Shown piece after piece: positions 28,220 through 37,345 of a stretch of 64,000 nt of DNA. Location: positions 115,841-179,840 of the IMG/VR virus record IMGVR_UViG_3300041809_000571. One strand, given 5' to 3'. How positions within the stretch are numbered: position 1 is the first letter of the stretch; each line of letters begins with the position of its first letter. Under the pieces are notes generated by a model that was not told where the DNA came from, made no database searches, and saw only the letters and a program-made list of their open reading frames with translations. Both the position numbers and the translations under genes were made by a program. The DNA comes from a virus.

Positions 28220-29017
28220 ATGCCGATGAATCTCAACAACACGACTCCCGTCGCTCCCGCTGGCAACACTAACGTCTCGTGGCAGAAAGACGGCAGCGGA
28301 AATGTATCTGCCTATGTCTCTGCCTCTGGTAGTGCGTCTTCCGGGTTACGTTCGGCGCTTCCCGGTTCACCCACAACGGGACAAGTCTACTACTGCACTG
28401 ATGCCCCGTGGGTCTATGAATATAATGGGTCGAAATGGGTAGCCTACTGGAGGGGGGCTCCCGCCGACGACCCGTCGCTGCTGACTGCGACTCCCGTGCA
28501 GTATTATCCGAATACCTCTGCTCACTCTGCCACTACCTCCTTGGGAGGGGTTAGCCTCAATGGAACCTCCACGGGTCCCGACACTTGCTACTATTACTGC
28601 TGGCCGGTAACAGCGTCCACAACCCTGAAAGTCAGCTTGGGGCTGACAGGGGGCGGCGGATGCGCCGTCATCAACACCAATACCAATGCCGGGATGCTGT
28701 TCAGGTTTACGGACTACCATACCATGTACTACACACAGTACAACCTAACCACCAGTTATGTCGCTAACCAATCAAACTTTACCACGGGTGGTGCATGGCC
28801 CGAAGGCTACTGGGGGCTGACGTTCGGCTCGAACTCGTGGGCGCTGAACTGTTTTGTAGACCCCAACATGACTACTAATGCGTGGGGCGGAGCGTTTGCC
28901 TTATCGGGAACTTTAGCCTATGTGGGGACAAACTTCACCCATATAGGGTTTGGGGCAAGTTCCACTGGGGCTATAGGTCCCTCTTGGCTCTGGCATTGGA
29001 GGCAGGTGAGTGCATAG
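28220..29017 (+). CDS. Tail fibre tip/alternative receptor-binding protein
   Basis: N-terminal NLNNTTPVAPAGNTNVSWQKDGSGNVSAYVS module; RBS GGAG. Confidence 0.65.
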   Translation: MPMNLNNTTPVAPAGNTNVSWQKDGSGNVSAYVSASGSASSGLRSALPGSPTTGQVYYCTDAPWVYEYNGSKWVAYWRGAPADDPSLLTATPVQYYPNTSAHSATTSLGGVSLNGTSTGPDTCYYYCWPVTASTTLKVSLGLTGGGGCAVINTNTNAGMLFRFTDYHTMYYTQYNLTTSYVANQSNFTTGGAWPEGYWGLTFGSNSWALNCFVDPNMTTNAWGGAFALSGTLAYVGTNFTHIGFGASSTGAIGPSWLWHWRQVSA

Positions 29018-29043
29018 GGACTTTTTGGGCAATCCCCAGATAA

Positions 29044-29059
29044 CCCAGTATTATTCCAT
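29044..29059 (+). promoter_or_regulatory. CCCAGTATTATTC-N3-ATG element
   Basis: Identical 13-mer to the 2850 copy. Confidence 0.45.
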
Positions 29060-29824
29060 ATGAGACCACAGCTTTCAGAAATCCTCATCAAGGTACTGAA
29101 TCCCCAAGGCACCTCCGAGGCCGGACAAATCATCCACCTTGCCCTCCTTCGTTATTGTGACTCCAAACGCAAGTGGCAAAACACTGAATACCTATGGCTG
29201 GGGATACAGGAGCACAAACGTCTGACCGGGATATACCCCGTCCGTGATGCCATGGCGGCATGGCTCTATCATGCCGCTGAAACCAACGATGAGGAGATGG
29301 GAGCAGTGGCCTTCCTCCGGGACAGCCAAAGACTGGGCTTTACTTTCGATGAGGCTGAGAATTACGTCATTCCCCTCATCATGCAATCCCGCCCCTCTCG
29401 AACAAGCGCTTCGGTGGTAGGGGATATGCGCATCGCCATATTGGGACAGAACCGGGTGAAGTACCTTGCTTACTCTCGAAAACTCCAGCAATCATGGAAA
29501 TTTCTCGGTCCCCACCAATGGGAACAGGGGAGAATAGCCGCCCTCAAAGAGTTGCTATCCCGGCCCCGGCTATATTTCCGGGAAGAGTTCGAGTCCAAAA
29601 TGGCCGGAATCGCCAAGGAGAACATGCAAGCGGAGCTTTCATTACTCGGCTACATTCCTCCTCCTGCTAAAGAACCGGAACCGGTGGAAGTACCCGCTCC
29701 CCTCGTAGTGCCCATAAGAATAATGAGCATGGAGGAGATAGTTAAAAAGCAAGAGGAAGCTAAGGCGGCTATGGGTATGACCGGTCCTACCGGTCCAGCC
29801 GGGCCTCCTCCAGCGGCGGAATAA
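29060..29824 (+). CDS. Hypothetical protein (possible fibre assembly/accessory protein)
   Basis: Preceded by CCCAGTATTATTC plus 3 nt; C-terminus has a short GMTGPTGPAGPP collagen-like bit. Confidence 0.55.
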   Translation: MRPQLSEILIKVLNPQGTSEAGQIIHLALLRYCDSKRKWQNTEYLWLGIQEHKRLTGIYPVRDAMAAWLYHAAETNDEEMGAVAFLRDSQRLGFTFDEAENYVIPLIMQSRPSRTSASVVGDMRIAILGQNRVKYLAYSRKLQQSWKFLGPHQWEQGRIAALKELLSRPRLYFREEFESKMAGIAKENMQAELSLLGYIPPPAKEPEPVEVPAPLVVPIRIMSMEEIVKKQEEAKAAMGMTGPTGPAGPPPAAE

Positions 29825-29896
29825 TTTCCATGAAACTCAGTATCTATACTTGTCGGGATAGGACGAAAGCACCCGGCATCTCTGCCGCAAGTCAAA

Positions 29897-29940
29897 CGGG
29901 GTGCGTTTCAGTACGGACGCACCCCGTGCGCATTTTGCGC
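29897..29940 (+). terminator. Probable intrinsic terminator after the fibre module
   Basis: 10-bp GC-rich stem CGGGGTGCGT / ACGCACCCCG with 10-nt loop, followed by GCGCATTTTGCGC. Confidence 0.5.
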
Positions 29941-30019
29941 ATCAAATAGGAAACGAGCTACGGAACTCATCATGTAATGAGGAACCGGAAATTACCCTGA
30001 TGCTTAGACGAGAGAAGCA

Positions 30020-31039
30020 GTGCCAAGAATGCCTAAAAAGCAGTGCAAACGGCTTGACCCTAACATCAAGAGCGAGGCTGAGGAAGAACTTGCCAGCAGC
30101 CTAAAGCATCTTATCGTCGGACAGACACGGGCAATTGAGGTACTCGTAGACGCATACGAAACCTTCCGTGCTGGTTTAGCCCCGCCTGACCATCCTGTCG
30201 GAAATCTAATATTCCTCGGTCCCACCGGTTGCGGGAAGACCTACGTCATTGAAGTAATGGCGGAGCTTCTCTTCGGTACAAAAAAAGCCCTCAAAAAGGT
30301 GGACTGCGCCGAGTTCCAACATTCTCACGACATTGCCAAACTGGTGGGTTCCCCACCCGGATACTTGGGACATCGGGATACACCAGCCTACTTACGTCAG
30401 GAAAGTCTGGATGCCCACCATACCAAGGAATTGGCATTGACACTTTTACTCTTTGATGAGTTTGAGAAGTCTAACGATGCCCTGTGGAACTTGTTACTTG
30501 GAATACTTGACAAAGGTACACTTACCTTGGGTGACAACAAGCAAAGCACCTTCGATAAATGCCTCATCATCATGACGGGAAATCTCGGTTCCCGAGAAAT
30601 GCAATATCTCGCCCGAGGTGGACTGGGATTCGCCGGGTCTTCCACAAAGAGCAGTGAGGCATTCAACAAAGAGGTGGAAACGGCAGGACTAGAAGCCGCC
30701 AAAAAACGCTTCACCCCGGAGTTCCTCAACCGCATAGATGAGATAGTGGTGTTTCACTCCTTGGATGAGAAGCAACTCAAACAGGTGGTGGAATTGGAAA
30801 TCGAACAGGTGCAGAGCCGGGTGTTAAAGATGCGAGACCCCCGGCAGTTCGTCTTGGAATTCACCCCCGCCGCCAAAGACTTGCTGATAGCCCAAGGAAC
30901 GGACTTAAAGAACGGGGCACGTCCTCTCAAACGGATAATGGAGAAGCTGGTAGTAAAGCGGCTTTCCCGTTTTCTTAACACCAAACAAGTCAACATGGGG
31001 GGACCTCATCGTAGTGGACAAAGACAACGAAGACCTTAG
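30020..31039 (+). CDS. ClpA/ClpB D2-type AAA+ ATPase (stand-alone)
   Basis: LIVGQTRAIEVLVDAYETFRAGLAPPDHPVGNLIFLGPTGCGKTYV matches the ClpB D2 sensor and Walker A region; Walker B LLLFDEFEKS; C-terminal VVFHSLDEKQLKQVVELEI; GTG 30020 or ATG 30029 start. Confidence 0.7.
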   Translation: MPRMPKKQCKRLDPNIKSEAEEELASSLKHLIVGQTRAIEVLVDAYETFRAGLAPPDHPVGNLIFLGPTGCGKTYVIEVMAELLFGTKKALKKVDCAEFQHSHDIAKLVGSPPGYLGHRDTPAYLRQESLDAHHTKELALTLLLFDEFEKSNDALWNLLLGILDKGTLTLGDNKQSTFDKCLIIMTGNLGSREMQYLARGGLGFAGSSTKSSEAFNKEVETAGLEAAKKRFTPEFLNRIDEIVVFHSLDEKQLKQVVELEIEQVQSRVLKMRDPRQFVLEFTPAAKDLLIAQGTDLKNGARPLKRIMEKLVVKRLSRFLNTKQVNMGGPHRSGQRQRRP

Positions 31040-31119
31040 TTTCACCCGTGTTGCCGAGGGCGTACTGGTCGCCGAAGCCCCTGCCAGCTAAATATTCACC
31101 CCCTTTATAGAGGTGTGCT

Positions 31120-31494
31120 ATGTTTGGATGGGCAAAAAAGCTAGGGGCTTATGGAAAGAACCTCTTTGAGCGCTGTCTCAAAGAGCCTGATGTCAACAGC
31201 CGGGTGGTGTTCCTTGGGACCTTCATCATCACCTCGGCGTTGATGGTTGGGCATTTCGTCGTCTACGCTGTGGGATTCCTGCACGGCAAACCCATCGACC
31301 CCGCTTATCCTACCGTCCTCGGTGTCCTCGGAGCCGGGCATGGTGTCAACGGTCTCGCCCGCTTCTTCACCAAGAAGAACGGTGGAGACGGTAATGGGAA
31401 TGGTGACAACGGGAACGGAAATCCGCCTGCACCAGACCCTCCTGCACCGCCTGCACCGGGCCTACCGCAGCCGGGCGCACCTGTGGCTAATTAA
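31120..31494 (+). CDS. Membrane protein with Gly/Asn/Pro-rich C-terminal tail
   Basis: Two hydrophobic helices followed by GDGNGNGDNGNGNPPAPDPPAPPAPG. Confidence 0.5.
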   Translation: MFGWAKKLGAYGKNLFERCLKEPDVNSRVVFLGTFIITSALMVGHFVVYAVGFLHGKPIDPAYPTVLGVLGAGHGVNGLARFFTKKNGGDGNGNGDNGNGNPPAPDPPAPPAPGLPQPGAPVAN

Positions 31495-32131
31495 CCACAT
31501 ATGATGATTGTTTCTTCTGCGTGGCGTGAGCTTCCGGCGATGGACCACTTTGAGTGACTCCATTGGAAGCCACGGCGGTCACATAGTAGTAATAGGTAAC
31601 CCCGCCCACAAGCTGTTTGATATCCACATAAAACAAGGCATTGACCGGAGTAGAGTTGAGCGGGGTAGCGCTCTCTTTTCCTGCTGCCGTTCCCCTGTAC
31701 ACGTAATACCCAACCACCCCCGGAGTCGGAGAAGCGGGCCAGACAAGGACAATATCATGGATACCCGTGCCACTCACCGGCACCCGCAGAGGACTATTGG
31801 GAGCAGTGCTGGTGACCACCAGCGAGGCGGTTCTCACCCCGGCATCTGACGGCGCTATCTCCACGTTTACGGTGCATTGGGCACCCGGACCCAGCCCCGT
31901 ACCACAAGTGTTGGATTGGTAGAAATTTGGGGCATAGGGGCCGGTGAAAGTTACGCTGGATATGGTGATAGAGGACGTGGAGGTGTTGGTCAGTGTAACG
32001 GTCAGCGGGTTGCTGGCTACTGCGTCCGGCTGATTCCCGAAGGAGAGCGAGGTGGGGGAAGCGGTCATCTGTGCCCACCCACTCAAGGATAGAGCGAAAA
32101 ACAAAACCGCCAACATCAACAGACGTTTCAT
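31487..32131 (-). CDS. Secreted Ig-like/fibronectin-III-like protein
   Basis: Signal peptide MKRLLMLAVLFFALSLSGWAQ; beta-sandwich-type sequence with an FN3-like VVGYYVYRG ... YYYYVTAV segment. Confidence 0.6.
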   Translation of the reverse strand: MKRLLMLAVLFFALSLSGWAQMTASPTSLSFGNQPDAVASNPLTVTLTNTSTSSITISSVTFTGPYAPNFYQSNTCGTGLGPGAQCTVNVEIAPSDAGVRTASLVVTSTAPNSPLRVPVSGTGIHDIVLVWPASPTPGVVGYYVYRGTAAGKESATPLNSTPVNALFYVDIKQLVGGVTYYYYVTAVASNGVTQSGPSPEAHATQKKQSSYVVN

Positions 32132-33670
32132 TTACACCCCCACCAGAGTCAGCATGAGATTAGCCAGCGTGGCATCCGCCGTTGCCGGGCCGAGAACCAT
32201 AAGCACATCGTTGGGATTGAAGTTCACAGCAGAGGAGGAGAATGTCCCTACCGTGCCGCCAGCCGGGAAAGTGCAGGTGCCGAACTGATTGCCATTCTGG
32301 TAGAAGGTCAGTACCGCACTTGCCGTTGCTGCCGCCTGCGCCAGAGCCACGGAGCCAACCATGTTGGCAGGCATGGAGAACGTATTGGCAAAGGCGTACA
32401 GTAGGAGAGTCTGCAACCCCGCCAGCACGCCCAGAGCGAAGACAGCAAGGGGCGGCTTAGCTCCCAATCCGGGTGCTCCAGTGTACCCGGTATAGCCGGT
32501 CATCCCCGGACCCGTGGGGCCGACAGGGCCGCTCGGGCCGGTATAACCCTGACCAGAGGGTCCGGTGGGTCCACTCGGTCCTCCGGGGCCTGTGTACCCT
32601 GTGAAGGAAAGCCCGGCCTGTCCTCCCGGCCCGGTGTACCCAGTGAAGCCTTGCGGCCCTGTGTATCCGGTAAAGGCGGGACCAGTCGGACCCGTTGGAC
32701 CGGTATCACCTGTTCCCGTATACCCCGTGTCACCCGTGTACCCTGAGTAAGAAGGACCGGTGGGACCTTGGGGGCCAGTTGGGCCGGTAAAGGTGGAACC
32801 AGTCGGACCAGTGTACCCTGTATCACCCGTGTAACTACTCGGACCAGTGTACCCAAGACCAGTCGGACCGGTTGGACCAGTCGGGCCTGTGTACCCCGTG
32901 AAAGCAAAGCCGGTGTAGCCGGTGTACCCGGTGTTAGCCGGTCCGGTTGGGCCGGTTGCACCGACGCCGGGCAAGGGTCCCCATGGAGACAGGTAACCAT
33001 AGACATTGCTGATATCCGCCGCCGACAAGGCGTAGGAATAGACCCGCACATCATCCATCAACCCGGAGAAGGGAAAGGCAGGGGCGTTGTTGCTCCGGGA
33101 GCCGAGTGCTTTCTGCATTCCACTTGGAACGAAAGTGAAGGACTTACTGAAAGCGTTACTGACCGGCTGACCGTTCACATAGAAAGTGTGTGAGCCGCCG
33201 TTGTTTACATAGGCTACGTGAGTCCATTTGCCAGCGGGGATGACGCCGCCGACTGACCACGCTGCAAACACACCGGGGTAGTAGACCTCCAGTCCACCGC
33301 CGCCCGGAACTTGGGTGGAGATTCCTAGAACCACGGAGTTGATGCCACTGACATAATTGGTGCCAAACAATGTTTGCCGGACGCCGGGCGTCGGCGTTTG
33401 AATCCACATGGCGATGGTGAAGTTTGCGGTGAGAGCCGAATTGAGACTTCCCGCCGCCGAACCGGAAAGAGGCAGGAAGGTGGTCTTACCGTCAAAACAC
33501 CCCGCCCATGGTCCAACCTTCCCCCCGGAGTAGTAGCCGCTGATGCCCGCCGCTGCGCCCGTCCAGTTGCTCATCTGACCGCTGGAAGAGTCATAAGCAG
33601 CCGGACCAGTCCCCTCATCAAAAGCCCACCACCCAACAAGATTGTTGGTCATATTGATATCGTTTGGCAT
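32132..33670 (-). CDS. LamG/concanavalin-like lectin domain fused to a collagen-like region (fibre/adhesin)
   Basis: N-terminal [12 protein letters not shown] ... [17 protein letters not shown] (LamG-type); central Gly-X-Y run ([30 protein letters not shown] ...); hydrophobic C-terminal domain. Confidence 0.7.
   Translation of the reverse strand: MPNDINMTNNLVGWWAFDEGTGPAAYDSSSGQMSNWTGAAAGISGYYSGGKVGPWAGCFDGKTTFLPLSGSAAGSLNSALTANFTIAMWIQTPTPGVRQTLFGTNYVSGINSVVLGISTQVPGGGGLEVYYPGVFAAWSVGGVIPAGKWTHVAYVNNGGSHTFYVNGQPVSNAFSKSFTFVPSGMQKALGSRSNNAPAFPFSGLMDDVRVYSYALSAADISNVYGYLSPWGPLPGVGATGPTGPANTGYTGYTGFAFTGYTGPTGPTGPTGLGYTGPSSYTGDTGYTGPTGSTFTGPTGPQGPTGPSYSGYTGDTGYTGTGDTGPTGPTGPAFTGYTGPQGFTGYTGPGGQAGLSFTGYTGPGGPSGPTGPSGQGYTGPSGPVGPTGPGMTGYTGYTGAPGLGAKPPLAVFALGVLAGLQTLLLYAFANTFSMPANMVGSVALAQAAATASAVLTFYQNGNQFGTCTFPAGGTVGTFSSSAVNFNPNDVLMVLGPATADATLANLMLTLVGV
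32455..32965 (-). repeat. Collagen-like Gly-X-Y repeat-encoding region
   Basis: Repetitive ggtcc/ggacc-rich triplet periodicity. Confidence 0.7.
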
Positions 33671-33850
33671 GTCATCCCCCTACTTAGAAACGTAAAAGCG
33701 GCCAAATGAGACTGCTGCGGAAAGTCTCTTCCACCCTCGAAATCACCGAGAAATTTTCCTATTAAAATCAATGGTTTGAAAATTTATTCACGAAAGTCGC
33801 AATATTTTGGGTATTTGTGGATACATGGGCTACAGCCCATTGGAGGCAAT

Positions 33851-34216
33851 ATGAGCGGAGAATTGATTGAGGACGGAGTCCCCGTCCCTCAGAAGGAATC
33901 GAAGTACGCTGTGTTGGGAAAGCTGAGAGTCGGGCAGAGCGCCGTCATCGCCGTACCCCGGTCTTCCAGTCTGAGCAAGACCATTGCCGTTCTGCAAACG
34001 AAAACAGGGAAGCGTTTCAAGCGTCTCAAGGTGGAGGGCGGCGTCCGGGTGTGGCGCATCGACCCCGAGGAAGCGAAGCCGAGGAAAGGCAAGAAGTCAG
34101 CCACTCCTATTCCGGTTGCGCCCCCGTCCATCGACCCGGTAGCATCAACCCCAATGCCAGCGCCTCCCACCGAGGATGGCGAGGCATCCCTGCACGCCGT
34201 GGATGCTGAGGCATAA
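33851..34216 (+). CDS. Hypothetical basic protein
   Basis: Start at ATG 33851 after GGAGG. Confidence 0.45.
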   Translation: MSGELIEDGVPVPQKESKYAVLGKLRVGQSAVIAVPRSSSLSKTIAVLQTKTGKRFKRLKVEGGVRVWRIDPEEAKPRKGKKSATPIPVAPPSIDPVASTPMPAPPTEDGEASLHAVDAEA

Positions 34217-34230
34217 AATAACCCATATTT

Positions 34231-34263
34231 CCCTCCACTTTGTGGTATACTGAGAGTGGAGGG
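34231..34263 (+). promoter_or_regulatory. Extended -10 promoter box (GTGGTATACT) in an anti-SD/SD hairpin (CCCTCCA ... TGGAGGG)
   Basis: Same architecture as 9444-9476, with compensatory base changes in the stem. Confidence 0.5.
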
Positions 34264-34266
34264 AAC

Positions 34267-34731
34267 ATGGCAAAGAGCGATTTCGTCACTCGCAAGACCA
34301 TCTGTCCCAACGAGCATTGCGGTAACACCAGATACGAGCGGACTTACGCTCGCAACGATAGTGGCACATTAGTGCCGGTGTGGAAGTGTATCAACTGCTT
34401 ACGGGAATACCCTCGAACGGGGCGCAACCGGCGCACCAACCATATGCGAGCAGTGGACATGTGGCGGAAGCTTCGTGACGAATGGAAGCCGGTAGACGAG
34501 AAGCTCATGGCTCTGGCGGAAGCCAAGGTCATCAAGAACGGAGCGATTCTGGTTTACGGCTCCGCCTACAACTACCACATGGACCGGTTGCTCATGGAAG
34601 AGCGCATGTCGAACTTCAACGTCCGCTACTGCGGTGAGCAGGCTCGCCGCCAACTGGCGGAAGCGGTGAAGTTCATCGCTGAGGAGGAATCCAAGTGTCA
34701 ATCACCCATGTCGTTATCACCAACGCCGTAG
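34267..34731 (+). CDS. Zn-finger protein
   Basis: CPNEHCG ... CINC; TGGTATACT box plus GGAGGG upstream. Confidence 0.5.
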   Translation: MAKSDFVTRKTICPNEHCGNTRYERTYARNDSGTLVPVWKCINCLREYPRTGRNRRTNHMRAVDMWRKLRDEWKPVDEKLMALAEAKVIKNGAILVYGSAYNYHMDRLLMEERMSNFNVRYCGEQARRQLAEAVKFIAEEESKCQSPMSLSPTP

Positions 34732-34867
34732 TCTTTCTGCTCTTGGGAGTCTGGTGGAGCAAACAGGGTTGGTTTAACCTGTTGCTCAAGCTCAGCTTCT
34801 TTGGGCTGTGGGTTGCCAACGGGCTGGTTGCTTTGAACCTGCTCGGATACATCGTGAAGAGGTAAAC

Positions 34868-35383
34868 ATGGAAAGCGTAATGACTGTCGTTAAGGCTCAC
34901 CGCCTCGCCAAAGAATGGCATGGCGAGCAAATGTATGGGGACAAACCCTATATCCACCACTGTGAGATGGTGGTCCGGGTCCTCGAAATGTTTGAATGGG
35001 GGGACGACATGGAGTTGCTCTCCGCCGCCCTCCTGCATGATACCATGGAGGATGCCCGCATCACTCACGCCAAACTGATGGACGAATTCTCCGAATCCAT
35101 CGCCGACCTCGTACAACTCGTCACCGACAAACAGGGACGTAATCGCCGGGAGCGCCACGAGCGCACCTACCCCCTTATCCGAGGCAACAAGAGGGCGACC
35201 GCCCTCAAGCTCGCCGACCGGATTGCCAACGTCATCCAGTGCCGTCTGTACAGCAACGAGGGGTTGCTGGCGATGTACCAAAAAGAGCACAATGACTTCA
35301 AGGCGATGCTTATCGACCCGGCAATTAGTTGTGCCAAGCTCGATATGATGTGGAATTACCTCAACAACTTGCTGGCGGAATAA
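34868..35383 (+). CDS. HD-domain phosphohydrolase with SpoT/Mesh1-type (p)ppGpp hydrolase signature
   Basis: AHRLAKEWHGEQMYGDKPYIHHCEMV ... LSAALLHDTMEDA resembles the RelA/SpoT HD signature AHxGQxRxxGxPYIxH ... AALLHDxxED. Confidence 0.6.
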   Translation: MESVMTVVKAHRLAKEWHGEQMYGDKPYIHHCEMVVRVLEMFEWGDDMELLSAALLHDTMEDARITHAKLMDEFSESIADLVQLVTDKQGRNRRERHERTYPLIRGNKRATALKLADRIANVIQCRLYSNEGLLAMYQKEHNDFKAMLIDPAISCAKLDMMWNYLNNLLAE

Positions 35384-35398
35384 TCCTGCTGATTTTGT

Positions 35399-35427
35399 CC
35401 TCGGCGTGGTATACTGTAATTGAGGGG
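35399..35427 (+). promoter_or_regulatory. Extended -10 promoter box (GTGGTATACT) followed by GAGGGG; CCTC upstream
   Basis: Motif copy upstream of the CCA-adding enzyme gene. Confidence 0.45.
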
Positions 35428-35432
35428 GATAC

Positions 35433-36797
35433 ATGACTCCGAAGGAAGCGGCTGTCGAAGTTCTCAAGACCCTGTACAAGAATAATTACCGCTCTTACCT
35501 CGTGGGTGGATGCGTGCGAGACCTTATCCTTGGGCGTGAGCCAAAGGATTATGACATCACCACCGAGGCCCTCCCCGAGCAGGTAGAAGCCGTTTTCCCC
35601 AAGACTGTTGCCGTGGGCAAGTCCTTTGGTGTCATCACCGTGGTTATGGGTGACGTGAACATCGAAGTGGCAACCTTCCGTTCAGATGGCGCTTACAGCG
35701 ACAACCGCCGACCTGACTCCGTGACCTTCACTCCTTCCGCTGCCGACGACGTAAAGCGCCGGGACTTCACCATGAACGGCTTGCTCTGCGTGGGTGAAGC
35801 CGACACTTCCAGCGTAGCCAACTACGAGACTTCGCTTGCCGGGTCGAATGTCCATTACACCGTGCAGGAAGGCGAGTCCCCGGACGGCGAATCTCACACC
35901 TATGGAATAATGGATTTCGTCGGCGGCATGGACGATATCAAGGAGCGGAAGATTCGTTGTATCGGCGACCCCAACGAACGCTTCAAGGAAGATGCCCTGC
36001 GGATGCTGCGGGCCTGCCGGTTCGCCGCTCAGTTACGATTTCACATTGATGATGACACCCTCTTGGCTATTCAGGAGAATGCCGCTCTTATCACCAAGGT
36101 TTCGGTGGAGCGTATCGCCGTGGAACTCGTCAAGATTCTGACCAGTCCCCACCCGGTCAACGGGTTGGTGCCCTTGGTCACCACCGGTCTTATGGAGCAC
36201 CTGCCTTTTAGTGAGGCAATCAAGAAGGGTCTTGCTTACATCCTGCGCCGGTTTGGTAAGTTCCAGACTAAGGATGCTAATTTGGCACTGGCAATGTTCT
36301 TCGCCCACACTGACCCTACCATGGTTCGGGTGGATTACCTATTGAAGAAGGTTCTCAAGCTGTCCAATGACCACGTTAACGCCGCAGCCGGGGCGCTGGA
36401 CACCCTTTACGACATGCTCTTCGCCGGTCTTTTCAATCTCAAGCACGCTCAGCACCGGCTCAAGAAGATGATGCGGAATCCGGGTGCTATGCTCGGCGTT
36501 GAACTGTTGGAGCAGAACCTTGCGTTGAACTTTCCACCCTTCCCTGATGGAGACGTGAAGGATTTCCACAGTCTCATCGAATACCTGCGGGCATTGACCC
36601 CGGAAGAAATCAACCCTCCCAAGTTTGTGACTGGCGAGGATTTGATGGCGATGGGAATGGAGCCTTGCCGGGAAATGGGCAATATCCTTGACGATGTTGA
36701 GGATATGCAGCTTAATGGGGAACTGCGGGACCGGACTCATGCCCTCCTCGTGGCGGAGCGTTATGTCTCCGACTTCAAGAACGGAGTCCTGCGATGA
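35433..36797 (+). CDS. tRNA nucleotidyltransferase (CCA-adding enzyme / polyA polymerase head-domain family)
   Basis: LVGGCVRDLILGREPKDYDITT ... GKSFGVITVV ... EVATFRSD is the class II head-domain signature; TGGTATACT box upstream. Confidence 0.8.
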   Translation: MTPKEAAVEVLKTLYKNNYRSYLVGGCVRDLILGREPKDYDITTEALPEQVEAVFPKTVAVGKSFGVITVVMGDVNIEVATFRSDGAYSDNRRPDSVTFTPSAADDVKRRDFTMNGLLCVGEADTSSVANYETSLAGSNVHYTVQEGESPDGESHTYGIMDFVGGMDDIKERKIRCIGDPNERFKEDALRMLRACRFAAQLRFHIDDDTLLAIQENAALITKVSVERIAVELVKILTSPHPVNGLVPLVTTGLMEHLPFSEAIKKGLAYILRRFGKFQTKDANLALAMFFAHTDPTMVRVDYLLKKVLKLSNDHVNAAAGALDTLYDMLFAGLFNLKHAQHRLKKMMRNPGAMLGVELLEQNLALNFPPFPDGDVKDFHSLIEYLRALTPEEINPPKFVTGEDLMAMGMEPCREMGNILDDVEDMQLNGELRDRTHALLVAERYVSDFKNGVLR

Positions 36798-37345
36798 CCA
36801 AGTACGCCAAGGTCGGAGAGAAGGTCATCGTCAAAGAGTTCATCACCTTTGAGAGGGTGGGCTACCCGCTCACCCTCGATATCGTCCGGCAGAAGTTCAG
36901 CGGGGAAGTGGAGACCGCACTTCGCAAGATGGAGTTCATCCTGACTACCCCACGGGGACCAATCACTGAGGTATTTCATGAGCCTCCCAAGGTGGATAGT
37001 TTCGTGGAACGGCAACTGGTCCGGGCGATATGCGGATACATCATGCGCCGGGAGAACTTCGGCGGCAGGGAACGAAAAATCTTCGAGGGTCCGCCTCCCC
37101 CGTCCACCTGCGAGGACCAGACTGGCAAGCTGCTTCCCGTGTTGGCAAGGCGTATGGTAACGACCGGGACTTACTACCCGGCCTATGGCGGCGGGTGGGG
37201 TTACTCGGACTATGAGGATTACGAGCCTGCGGAGCTTTGCGACACCAAACAGCACTGTGTCTACACCTTGGAGGGAGTAAGCCACTTGGGATTCCCCTTC
37301 AACTTCAACATTCTGGCGTCCCACTGCGAGAGGGAGGCACAATGA
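36794..37345 (+). CDS. Hypothetical protein
   Basis: 183-aa ORF; ATGA overlap. Confidence 0.5.
   Translation: MTKYAKVGEKVIVKEFITFERVGYPLTLDIVRQKFSGEVETALRKMEFILTTPRGPITEVFHEPPKVDSFVERQLVRAICGYIMRRENFGGRERKIFEGPPPPSTCEDQTGKLLPVLARRMVTTGTYYPAYGGGWGYSDYEDYEPAELCDTKQHCVYTLEGVSHLGFPFNFNILASHCEREAQ

Noticed and set aside
29901-30104. 67-aa ORF overlapping the terminator hairpin and the start of the AAA+ gene
   Set aside because: Overlaps a strong stem-loop and the better-supported gene 30020..31039.
34868-35383. HD-domain ORF as a detached C-terminal HD domain of the adjacent CCA-adding enzyme
   Set aside because: It is encoded upstream (wrong order for a split CCA enzyme). Its AHxxxxxxGxxxxGxPYIxH ... 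AALLHDxxED pattern matches the SpoT/Mesh1 hydrolase signature better; kept as a separate small alarmone hydrolase-like gene, though not fully excluded.
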